The notes under the pieces were generated by a model that saw only the letters and a list, made by a program, of their open reading frames with translations, made no database searches and was not told the origin of the DNA. From Polyangiaceae bacterium (GTDB lineage Bacteria; Myxococcota_A; Polyangia; Polyangiales; Polyangiaceae), in the NCBI GenBank assembly GCA_050287085.1, contig JBNKBE010000017.1:64419-128418 (forward strand): DNA of 64,000 nucleotides. Direction: 5' to 3'. Position numbers and translations under genes: made by a program. Below are positions 49,658 to 57,833 of the stretch, one piece after another; position 1 is the stretch's first letter, and each line of letters starts with the position of its first letter.

Positions 49658-50032
49658 GATGCGGCGGGACCCTACAGAGTCGCTGGCGGGCGTGCAAGCG
49701 TGTCGGGCGTGGTCGGCGTGCGCCTTGGGACCGGCGTCCGCCGCACCAGAAAGGCGCGAAAGCCCCATGCCGCAGCCCGCACCGAGACGACGGCTCCCAA
49801 ACAGCAAGGTTGACAAGGGCAGCCGACTCGTCCAGATCTAGCGGCACAGTCAAGCAGCGCGGACTTTGGCCCACCTTGGGTGACGCGCTCTACAAGTATC
49901 ACCCTAAGTCGCTGGGCCGCCACGGTGCACGCTCTGTTCCTCGCCGAATTGGACGCGCCGCCGAGACGGGACTTGGTTGCTCGCGGTGGGCCGCTCTAGA
50001 CACAATAGCGCCCCCCTGAGAGGCCCTTCCCT

Positions 50033-51223
50033 ATGACCAAGCCCCCTTCCTCAGCGATCGACACGTTAGCCGTCCGCGGCGGCCAACCGAGACGGCACGG
50101 CTACAACGCCGTCACAATGCCGATTGTCTGCACGGCCACCTATGCGTTCGACTCCACGCAGGAGATCCACGATCACTTCCAAGGTAGCGCGGAGCACCGG
50201 GAAGAATACGGCCGCTATGGCAACCCCACCGTTCGCGCTGCCGAACACGCCCTATCAGCTATAGAAGGCGCAGAAGAGACGGTGTTGTTTTCAAGCGGCA
50301 TGGCGGCGATCACGACATTTCTGCTGGAGGTGCTGAAGCCAGGAGATCACGTCGTTATGACCGCCGACTGCTACCGGCGCACTCGACAGTTCATCCGCAC
50401 CACACTCGCGAAGTTCGGGATCGAACACACCTTCGTCGAGCCAGGCAATTACGAGGCCCTGGAGGGAGCAATCCAGGCGGGCAAGACGCGTCTACTGATC
50501 ACCGAGGCCCCAACCAATCCCTACCTCCGCGTTCCAGACATTGCCCGTATGGCGGAGATTCGCCACAAGTTCCGGCGTCTGAAGCTCCTGGTAGACGCAA
50601 CTCTCGCGACGCCGTTTAATCTCCGCCCGCTGGAGCTCGGGGCCGATCTCGTGGTGCACTCCGGTACCAAGTACTTGGCCGGACATAACGATGTCCTTGC
50701 AGGTTCATTGAGCGGCTCGCGAGACTTGATCCGCGCCATCGCAGACGCCCGAGGGGTATTTGGCGGCATGCCAGATCCGCACGGCGCTTACTTGCTCCTG
50801 CGCGGGCTCAAGACGCTCGCCGTTCGGATGCGACACCACAATGCAAGCGCGCTCCGCATCGCCGAATTCTTGGAACAACATCCGAAAGTCGAACGCGTCC
50901 ACTACCCGGGCCTCTCAAGCCATCCCGATCACGAAACCGTCACGCGGCACTTCAAGGGCTTTGGTGGCATGGTGAGCTTTCAGGTGAAAGCGGACTTAGC
51001 AGGCACTGCCGCAGTCGTGGAGCGCTGCCGAATTCCCAACGTAGGTCCATCCATGGGCGGCGTAGAGTCACTAGTGGAACAGCCGTCACTCATGTCCTTC
51101 TACGAATTGACCACCCAGCAGCGGCTCGCCATCGGCATCCACGACAATCTCATCCGACTGTCTGTGGGACTCGAGGACACCGACGACTTGATCGACGACC
51201 TCCGACAGGCGCTCGAGGGCTGA
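50033..51223 (+). CDS. metB: Cystathionine gamma-synthase family PLP enzyme (Cys/Met metabolism)
   Basis: EYGRYGNPT, FSSGMAAI, EAPTNP, DATLATP, PLP-Lys HSGTKYLAGHND, SMGGVESL and LIRLSVGLED. Confidence 0.85.
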   Translation: MTKPPSSAIDTLAVRGGQPRRHGYNAVTMPIVCTATYAFDSTQEIHDHFQGSAEHREEYGRYGNPTVRAAEHALSAIEGAEETVLFSSGMAAITTFLLEVLKPGDHVVMTADCYRRTRQFIRTTLAKFGIEHTFVEPGNYEALEGAIQAGKTRLLITEAPTNPYLRVPDIARMAEIRHKFRRLKLLVDATLATPFNLRPLELGADLVVHSGTKYLAGHNDVLAGSLSGSRDLIRAIADARGVFGGMPDPHGAYLLLRGLKTLAVRMRHHNASALRIAEFLEQHPKVERVHYPGLSSHPDHETVTRHFKGFGGMVSFQVKADLAGTAAVVERCRIPNVGPSMGGVESLVEQPSLMSFYELTTQQRLAIGIHDNLIRLSVGLEDTDDLIDDLRQALEG

Positions 51224-51253
51224 GCCGCAACCCGATAGCCCCACAGAGCGTCG

Positions 51254-51592
51254 TCATACGCCCTCGGCCAAGGCGCGAGCCGCAGCCACCATGCGACGTT
51301 TTTCACGGCGCTCCTCCAGACACGCGGGGGACCCTGCAAGCAACTCTCGACAGGGGGCGGGGCGTTCCTCGTAGATGCTGCACCGATAGTGCTGACCTGC
51401 TGCAACCAAGGCCGCGCAATGACCGGCCGAGACCATGCGGAGGTAGATGCGCGCGCCGTCACTGTGAGTCAGCGCGCGCAAGCGAGGGGACGCGTTCTGA
51501 CGCTCCTTCGGACTGAGCTCCACGTAGTGCGAAGAACGCGAAAAGCAACACGCCGCACAATCCATGCACTCCTGGCTCACCCGAGGCCCCAA
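51254..51592 (-). CDS. YkgJ-family (CxxCxxCC) cysteine-cluster protein
   Basis: CMDCAACC, GHCAAL and CSIYEERPAPCR. Confidence 0.8.
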   Translation of the reverse strand: MGPRVSQECMDCAACCFSRSSHYVELSPKERQNASPRLRALTHSDGARIYLRMVSAGHCAALVAAGQHYRCSIYEERPAPCRELLAGSPACLEERREKRRMVAAARALAEGV

Positions 51593-52170
51593 ACTCGGTG
51601 TGGCTCGGCAAGTCCCCGCCGCCCGCGTCGCGGTCGCGCGCCAGCGGCACCAACGGTGTTGCTGGCGCCTCGCTGGCGCGCCGACGGCTCCGACACCTGC
51701 GCAACCGTTCCAGAGCGAAGCCAGAGCGCCGCAAGCAAGAGCAGAAGTATCAACAATCCGAGCGCAATCAGCGGGCGCCGATCCCAGAGGACCGCCCCTC
51801 TACGCACCGCGGCGTCTGCCTTTCGACCGGGCAAGAGCGACAAGAAGAGATCCCCCCGAGCCCCGTCCTCGGCGCCCGCCGCCCCCCGACCACGAAGTCG
51901 CACCCTCCGCGCGCGCGCATCGCCGGGACCGAGGTGCACCTGAACCCGGCGCGCTTCCTCGCCGTCGACGCCGCTGAGCTGCACGGCGCCAGTCCGTTCG
52001 CACGCGTCGCACCCACCGCCTTCGCAGCGGGCGCAGTGTACCCGACGCGGAAGCTCCACCTCGAGCTTACCCCCTGAGATCAGCCATGCTTCCGGGACCC
52101 GAACGCTAAGACTGCCGTCCGGACCGCGATCGTCAGGCGAGTGAATCTCAAGCTGAGCCAGTCGGGTCAC
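51577..52170 (-). CDS. DnaJ C-terminal/zinc-finger-like membrane protein lacking a J domain
   Basis: VELPRRVHCARCEGGGCDAC..TG, RVRLRGRG...RGDLFLSL, then a TM helix. No HPD motif. Confidence 0.55.
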   Translation of the reverse strand: MTRLAQLEIHSPDDRGPDGSLSVRVPEAWLISGGKLEVELPRRVHCARCEGGGCDACERTGAVQLSGVDGEEARRVQVHLGPGDARARRVRLRGRGAAGAEDGARGDLFLSLLPGRKADAAVRRGAVLWDRRPLIALGLLILLLLLAALWLRSGTVAQVSEPSARQRGASNTVGAAGARPRRGRRGLAEPHRVWGLG

Positions 52171-52297
52171 GGGTGCGAGTGTACCGGGGAAATCAGAGCG
52201 GCGCGTCCCTTGTGTGCCGCGAAAGAACAATGTGGCGCCTCCGCCGCGCGGCGCCGCGTGCCGCTGTGAAACTCGCCACCTGCGCGGCAGACGGGGC

Positions 52298-52325
52298 ATG
52301 ACAAAGCGAAAAACTGCGCTAGCCT
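52298..52325 (+). promoter_or_regulatory. Candidate sigma70-type promoter for the putative sRNA
   Basis: ATGACA-16 nt-TAGCCT with an A-rich spacer, just upstream of the hairpin/terminator unit. Confidence 0.35.
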
Positions 52326-52330
52326 CTAAC

Positions 52331-52426
52331 TTGAGCTGTGAGTCTGAACCCCTTGCAGCTCGCTTGGCTCTTCGATTCCTCCCTGTTCAAGGCGCCACGG
52401 CTCTTGCCGTGGCGCCGCCTTTTTTT
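52331..52426 (+). ncRNA. Candidate small RNA or attenuator leader
   Basis: Hairpin gagctgtgag/cttgcagctc, a single-stranded pyrimidine tract with TTCCTCCC, then an intrinsic terminator. It sits in a divergent intergenic gap. Confidence 0.45.
52391..52426 (+). terminator. Rho-independent terminator
   Basis: Perfect 11-bp stem ggcgccacggc-TCTT-gccgtggcgcc, followed by gcc and T7. Confidence 0.75.
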
Positions 52427-52531
52427 CGCACCAGCAGAGCCGCGTCTGCAGCCCTTCCGGCCCGGCTCCGTGGACGAAGCTGCAACACGGGGTGGGCTTA
52501 GGCAACCCGCCTGCGGCATACTTCCGCCCCC

Positions 52532-54946
52532 ATGCGGCGTGCTCTCGTCTTCCAGTTCTCTCCGGTTTCGCTCGCCGCTTCACCGACCGCAGCCGGTGAT
52601 GTCTTTCACACTCTCGTTCAGACGCTCAACGTACGGGAGATCGCGACCACTCATCCGAGCCCCCCATCGCCAAGCGCGCTGCAATCCTGGTCCGCTCCTG
52701 CAGCGCAGGTGGGGTGTGAACTCGCTATGGCCATCGGCGCCGTACCACTGCGAGCAGAAGGGGCCGAGCTCGGCCTCGACCTCGGAGCAGGAGCGCCTTT
52801 TCCCGTCCGAGAGTTCCTGGCGTTGCTCCGCGACAACGGTCAACGAGCGCTGCTATTTCTAGAGACGTCCTGCTCTCAACAACCGGAGGCCTGTGTCCAA
52901 GCGCTGCTCGCCGTGGCTGAACGAGAGGAAGTCCTCGTGGTTCTGGAGCTGCTGACAGGCACCGCAACGGGGTCACTGGTTCAGACCCTCGAGGACGCGC
53001 TAAACGACCACACGTTGCGAGAGGAGATCACCCCGACCGGTCAGGGGTTGTCTCTGCATGAGCTCCTGACCAGAATCGAGGCTCGCCGCGGAGACAGAGC
53101 TCCGCTAATCGTGGGTCCGGGACCGCGAGACATCGAGGTCCTCCCCCCATTGCGACGGATCTTCGAATCCGAAACACTGCTGGACGAGAGTGACCACCAT
53201 CGCACTACGGTGGAGGTTCCCCAGACCCTTCCCGGAACGCCTTCCCTGGAGCCCGCGACCCCGCCGCAATTCACCAGCCAGGACTCGGCACCAACCGAAT
53301 CCGCCCCCGCACTGCCGGGGCCGCACGATAGCGAAGATACCCTGCACAGCCTGCGGGCACCCTCTCCACCCTTTGGCATCGCTGCAGCTCAAGCCAGCGC
53401 TGCAGCTCAAGCCAGCGCTGCAGCTCAAGCCAGCGCTGCAGCTCAAGCCAGCGTGCCCTACAACACCGCGCAACGCGCCCTGCTCGGCGAAGCGCTGCGG
53501 GCTTCTGTGGCAGGCCAGAGAGAGCACGCCCGCCTGCTCTGCGTGCAATGTCTGACGGAGTACCCGGCGTTGCGGTCCACCTATGAGGGTGTCATCAACA
53601 TACTTGCGTACCACCACTGCCATGTGGAACTGCTCCAAGCCTACGAACAACTCATTGCCCTACAAGACGATCAGGATATCAAAGCTGCCATCTACCGAAC
53701 CAGCGCACAGATCGCCGCTGAACAGCTACAGGATCACAAGCGAGCCACAGCTTACCTCGAGTCCGCACTGGCGCATCGCCCCCATGATGAAGCCCTGCAG
53801 CGGGAGTTGAACGCGCGGAAAGCCGCCGCCGGTGTGGCCACTGAAGATTCTGCCACCCGTGACGAGACCTATGCCGACGGTCGACTTCAGAGCGAAGACC
53901 GGGCCGTCGCGCCCGCCCGCCATGGCACAGCCTCTCCGGTCGAAACCGCCCACACGCCAGCACCGGAACGCTACCACCAACGGCTCGTGGCCCTATCGAA
54001 TGCCTCGAGCGTGGACGTCCAACTTCAAGCCGCATCGGTCGCGGCTGTGTTGGGCTGCGCAACACCGGCCCAACACGGGCTACTAGCCCAGCACGCGACC
54101 CCGAGTCTGCCCCAACCGATTCGCGCCCTGACAATCGATGATCTCGAAGGTCCCCTGCGCCCCAAGCGCCGCGATCAAGCCATCCAGAAAGTGATGCAAG
54201 ACCTGGCTGGAAGCGCAATTCAACTGTGGCAGATCAAGCCCAAGCAGCAGCAACGTCTCCTTTCTCACTACACGGAGGAAGACGCTCAGAAGAGCACCGC
54301 CACCTTGGCGCGTGCCATGGTGTGGGCTAGCCAACTGCTCGGAGTGGAGACGCCGCGATTGTTCATCGCCACCGAAGGACGTACGCTAGCGCCTCTCCCC
54401 TTGCAGCAAGCGGGTTGGGTTGCAAGCCGACCGCTAGGACGCGGCCCCAACCTCAAAGAGTTGGTCTTCATCTGGGCCCGTGCTCTGGCCCGCGGCATTG
54501 GTCCGCTGCGAATCTTGCTACCGTGCCCGACGGCCCAAGAATTGGAGGAAATGGTCCTTGCCGCGCAGGAGGCTGCGCTTGGACAGGCGCTGGATGGCGA
54601 AAGCGCACGCCCCCTTGCCAAGCGCCTGCGCGCCACCCTCAACGAGCATCGGTTGCGTGAGCTGCAGCACGTGCTCGAAGCCATGCCCCCAAGCGTGCTG
54701 CGTGAACGCGTGCGCGACTGGCATGCCGACGCTACGGAATGGACCAACCGCATTGCCCTGCTCGCCTGCGGCGACGTGCAAACCGCCCAGACCGCGCTCA
54801 CCTTCCTTGCGCCAGAAAACGTCGGCGCTCAGTTGGGCCACGTCTACTCATTTGCTTTGGCGCCGACCTACCACGAACTACGGCGAGCGCTGGGTGTTGC
54901 ACCCAAAGATGATCTGCCGTCAGAAGACGTCGTATTCCACGTCTAA
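52532..54946 (+). CDS. TPR-containing hypothetical protein sharing its C-terminal domain with the giant pseudokinase protein
   Basis: TPR-like AYLESALAHRPHDEAL and C-terminal WTNRIALLACGDV...YHELRRALG. Confidence 0.7.
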   Translation: MRRALVFQFSPVSLAASPTAAGDVFHTLVQTLNVREIATTHPSPPSPSALQSWSAPAAQVGCELAMAIGAVPLRAEGAELGLDLGAGAPFPVREFLALLRDNGQRALLFLETSCSQQPEACVQALLAVAEREEVLVVLELLTGTATGSLVQTLEDALNDHTLREEITPTGQGLSLHELLTRIEARRGDRAPLIVGPGPRDIEVLPPLRRIFESETLLDESDHHRTTVEVPQTLPGTPSLEPATPPQFTSQDSAPTESAPALPGPHDSEDTLHSLRAPSPPFGIAAAQASAAAQASAAAQASAAAQASVPYNTAQRALLGEALRASVAGQREHARLLCVQCLTEYPALRSTYEGVINILAYHHCHVELLQAYEQLIALQDDQDIKAAIYRTSAQIAAEQLQDHKRATAYLESALAHRPHDEALQRELNARKAAAGVATEDSATRDETYADGRLQSEDRAVAPARHGTASPVETAHTPAPERYHQRLVALSNASSVDVQLQAASVAAVLGCATPAQHGLLAQHATPSLPQPIRALTIDDLEGPLRPKRRDQAIQKVMQDLAGSAIQLWQIKPKQQQRLLSHYTEEDAQKSTATLARAMVWASQLLGVETPRLFIATEGRTLAPLPLQQAGWVASRPLGRGPNLKELVFIWARALARGIGPLRILLPCPTAQELEEMVLAAQEAALGQALDGESARPLAKRLRATLNEHRLRELQHVLEAMPPSVLRERVRDWHADATEWTNRIALLACGDVQTAQTALTFLAPENVGAQLGHVYSFALAPTYHELRRALGVAPKDDLPSEDVVFHV
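53381..53452. repeat. 18-bp perfect in-frame tandem repeat x4 encoding (AAAQAS)4
   Basis: gctgcagctcaagccagc four times. Confidence 0.95.
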
Positions 54947-55119
54947 GGTCCCACGGGTGGGAAAGTCAGTCGCGAGCCGGTCGAGACCGCAGCGAGGTGG
55001 GCGCGTGAGGAGCGAGCACCGCAGAGCTACTCCAGTAGCTCGAGGAGCACAGCGACGAGCCCGCACGCCGCAGCAAGTGGATCGGCCGGCGTAGTATGAC
55101 TTTTCCACTCGTGGGACCT
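54946..55119. mobile_element. MITE-like foldback element with 23-bp terminal inverted repeats, flanked by TA
   Basis: Left end aggtcccacgggtgggaaagtca, right end tgacttttccactcgtgggacct (2 mismatches). TA at 54944-45 and 55120-21. Central hairpin gagctac-tcca-gtagctc. No coding capacity. Confidence 0.7.
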
Positions 55120-55121
55120 TA

Positions 55122-55169
55122 GGTCCCACGGGTGGGAAAGTCAGTCGCGAGCCGGTCGAGACCGCAGCG
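55122..55169 (+). repeat. Truncated second copy of the MITE-like left end
   Basis: 48 bp identical to 54947-54994. Confidence 0.9.
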
Positions 55170-55227
55170 TACCCTGCTGACTTGACCTGCTGACTCCGCC
55201 TGCCGGCTCTCGCACACAAGGACAACG

Positions 55228-55977
55228 CTAGGACGCAGCTGGCCGCACTACGATCCGAAGCTCACCGGTGGAGTTCTTGGCTGGCTTGTCCGTGCGTTGG
55301 GTATCGGCAAAAGCTGCAGCGCTAACCCCTTTGCCCCCAAAACCACAATCGCGCATCATCTGTACCGCGACGGCGGCGCGCGCTGCGGTGACGTCCCATT
55401 GCGTCTTGAAGCTCTTGTGCAGCGCGGCGTCGCTAACGTCTGCTTCGTGGGAATGAGAACCTACGGCAACTTCGCTGTTGCCGGCCACGGCTTTCAACGC
55501 CTTCGCCAAGGTGCACAGTAGCTTCTTGCCGCTCGGATGGAGAGCCACGTCGTGGCTCCGATAGAGCTGGAGGTCGTCGATCGTGATCACGGTGTCGTCG
55601 CCTGAACGACTGAGCGCGACGAGCCCCTTCTTGGTCGAACTCGCCAACTTGTCCTTGAGCCGCGAGTTCAAGTCGACGGACACCTCCGCCTTTGCGGATT
55701 CAGCTGCCGCCACCGCCTTGAGCTCGGATGACGCACCCTTCAACTCCTTCTGCGTTTCCTCAAGCTGCTCCGTCATCTTCGCCAACTGCTCACGCGTCGC
55801 CGCATGAGCAGAACTCTCCTCTTCGTAGGCCGTCGCTAACGCCCGTTGTGCGGCGCGCAGCGGCATGTGGAAGCCAAACGCGAAGGTGGCGAGTGCGATA
55901 GCGAGCAAGCCCGCGAGTACATGCGGCACCTTCGACCCCGAAGGGCTGGTGCGCGACGAAAAAGGGTCCCGGGCCAT
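55228..55977 (-). CDS. MotB/OmpA-like membrane protein with coiled coil (degenerate peptidoglycan-binding domain)
   Basis: N-terminal TM helix and coiled coil, then VITIDDLQLYRS...VAVGSHS...FKTQWDVTAARA, resembling the MotB 'NWELS.ARA' motif. Start ATG 55977. Confidence 0.65.
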   Translation of the reverse strand: MARDPFSSRTSPSGSKVPHVLAGLLAIALATFAFGFHMPLRAAQRALATAYEEESSAHAATREQLAKMTEQLEETQKELKGASSELKAVAAAESAKAEVSVDLNSRLKDKLASSTKKGLVALSRSGDDTVITIDDLQLYRSHDVALHPSGKKLLCTLAKALKAVAGNSEVAVGSHSHEADVSDAALHKSFKTQWDVTAARAAVAVQMMRDCGFGGKGVSAAAFADTQRTDKPAKNSTGELRIVVRPAAS

Positions 55978-56244
55978 GGGGGCGAAATGTAGCGAAAGAC
56001 CGAGGGATGGGCCAAGCCCGACGACTTCAAGGCTTGAAATTGCACCCATCCGACGGCGCGCACGCTTCCGGCCGCTCACCCGGCAAGCGCCCCCCCCGTT
56101 GCTTGCACGTGCCACCGCCAATCGCGCTACCCTCTACCTGTCGCAGTCCGACAAGGAGGCCTGTGGCACTTGAGTCTTTTCCTGCGGCATTGTGGGGGCA
56201 CGTGCGGGCCACCAACGCCGCTCAGATGCGAGGACGACGTAGCC

Positions 56245-57375
56245 ATGACCGAAGACCATTGGGAAGTTGCCCTCGACGACGGCGAGATCAAGCGCATGAC
56301 GGTAGATCAACTCGACGACGCGTTCCGCCTGGGAATAGTGCACGGGGCAACCATGGTGCGCCAGCAAGGGCAGCCTCAATGGCAACCCCTAAGCGCCGCC
56401 GCTGGCTTGGATGAAGACGAGCTGGACGCAGAAGGCGAAGATGCACCCGACGCAGGCGAAGCAGAGCCCTTGAATTCCGAGCACGGTGTCTCTGAAGGCA
56501 ATGTCTCTCAAGGCAATACTGCCGCCGCTCCAAGCGCCCCGGCGGAAGAGCCAGCTCCGCCCTCAACACCAATGGCGCCCCCAAGACCCGCGCGACGCCT
56601 CGGGGTAGGAACTGCCGTGGTGGCTGTGCCACGCCCCACCGTGGACGGCCACCCGCCACGCGCCGCCTACCCGAGCCAGGTCCCGCCCCCGGTCAGCCTC
56701 ACTCGCGGCGACGCCGCCGAGCGCAGCAGCCCGCAGATCCCAGTGGCCACCGTGACGCGCAGCGGCCTGCCACCCGCGCTTCCGGCCCTCGCTCCCCTGG
56801 CGCCCCTCGCTCCCCTGGCGCCCTTCGCGACGAGAAGCGCGGAGCCGAAGGCCGCCGAAGCCGCTGATATGGGAGTCGCCCTCGGCACCCAAACAGTGCG
56901 AGATCTTGCACCCGCTAGCGCAGCGGCGTTGCCATCGGCCGCCCCTCCACCGCTACCGCCCAATGCGTTCTCCTCGCCCTCGAAGCCACCTCCGCTGCCT
57001 CCTGGAGCTTTCGCGCCAAACGCGTCCCGGGACCTGCACGCCAGCAAAGCCAGCAGTGTCCCCCCCGCGCCGCTTCCAGTCGCAAATTTCGACCCGGCGC
57101 ATCTCAGCGGCAACCTACAGAGCATCACGAGTCCAGAACCGGTCGAATCCTTCGGTAAAGCCAAGACAGGCGGCCACGGCGGCGCCTTCCTCGTATTGGG
57201 CATCGCGCTCGTGGGCGGTGCCCTGCTCACCTTGCAACGCAATAACATGCTGGGCAAAAAGCTCAGCGACGAAGCGCTATTTGACGAGCCGAGCCTCTAC
57301 ACGCCAAGCGGCGTGCAAACGTGGCTGGCGCGACGGAAGCAGCAAACCGCTATCCCTGGACGCGCGATCGAGTGA
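56245..57375 (+). CDS. GYF_2-like N-terminal domain, Pro-rich linker and single TM helix
   Basis: WEVALDDGEIKRMTVDQLDDAFRLGIVHGATMVRQQGQPQWQPL and TM segment FLVLGIALVGGALL. Confidence 0.7.
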   Translation: MTEDHWEVALDDGEIKRMTVDQLDDAFRLGIVHGATMVRQQGQPQWQPLSAAAGLDEDELDAEGEDAPDAGEAEPLNSEHGVSEGNVSQGNTAAAPSAPAEEPAPPSTPMAPPRPARRLGVGTAVVAVPRPTVDGHPPRAAYPSQVPPPVSLTRGDAAERSSPQIPVATVTRSGLPPALPALAPLAPLAPLAPFATRSAEPKAAEAADMGVALGTQTVRDLAPASAAALPSAAPPPLPPNAFSSPSKPPPLPPGAFAPNASRDLHASKASSVPPAPLPVANFDPAHLSGNLQSITSPEPVESFGKAKTGGHGGAFLVLGIALVGGALLTLQRNNMLGKKLSDEALFDEPSLYTPSGVQTWLARRKQQTAIPGRAIE

Positions 57376-57833
57376 AGGATGGCAAGAAGTACAGCGGCGA
57401 CAATCGCCTAGCCGCGCCGAGCAGCTCCCCCTACCCGGTGACGCGCCTCTCGGCGCCGATTTCGCTTGTCGACGTCGCACAGCAAATCGAAGCCGCCTCC
57501 GAAGTCATAGCGATGCGGACCAACGCGCAACTCCAGGTTATCGCGGAACAGATCCAGACCCTACGCGAGCGCGCGGAGCAACTGATGCAGCAGGCGCAAG
57601 ATGACCTTGCACTGCACCAAGCCGAGTGTGGCTTTAGAAAAATCGTCGGACAGGAGTACCACCTGTACCAAGTCGATGACGGACGCCACGTTATCTCCCG
57701 ACTGTCGCCCAGCGACTACGGAGGCCGACCGCCGCACGCCTTCGTCGCCAGCTATCGCTTGGAGACCGACCAATCGTGGACCTGCGTGACACCCAAAGGG
57801 CAAAGCGAAACGCTCCAGAAAAGCCGAAGCTAG
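57372..57833 (+). CDS. DUF2452-like hypothetical protein
   Basis: SSPYPVTRLSAP, coiled-coil QLQVIAEQIQTL, GQEYHLY...LSP...YRLETDQSW. GTGA overlap with the upstream gene. Confidence 0.65.
   Translation: MKDGKKYSGDNRLAAPSSSPYPVTRLSAPISLVDVAQQIEAASEVIAMRTNAQLQVIAEQIQTLRERAEQLMQQAQDDLALHQAECGFRKIVGQEYHLYQVDDGRHVISRLSPSDYGGRPPHAFVASYRLETDQSWTCVTPKGQSETLQKSRS

Noticed and set aside
49658..50032. Possible SAM riboswitch or T-box between aspS and the cystathionine gamma-synthase gene
   Set aside because: No SAM-I (ATC..GAG/GCAACC) core, T-box motif or terminator was recognised.
56783..56827. Short (LAP)n coding repeat in the GYF_2-like protein
   Set aside because: Only about 2.5 units of 18 bp in a low-complexity Pro-rich linker; ordinary.
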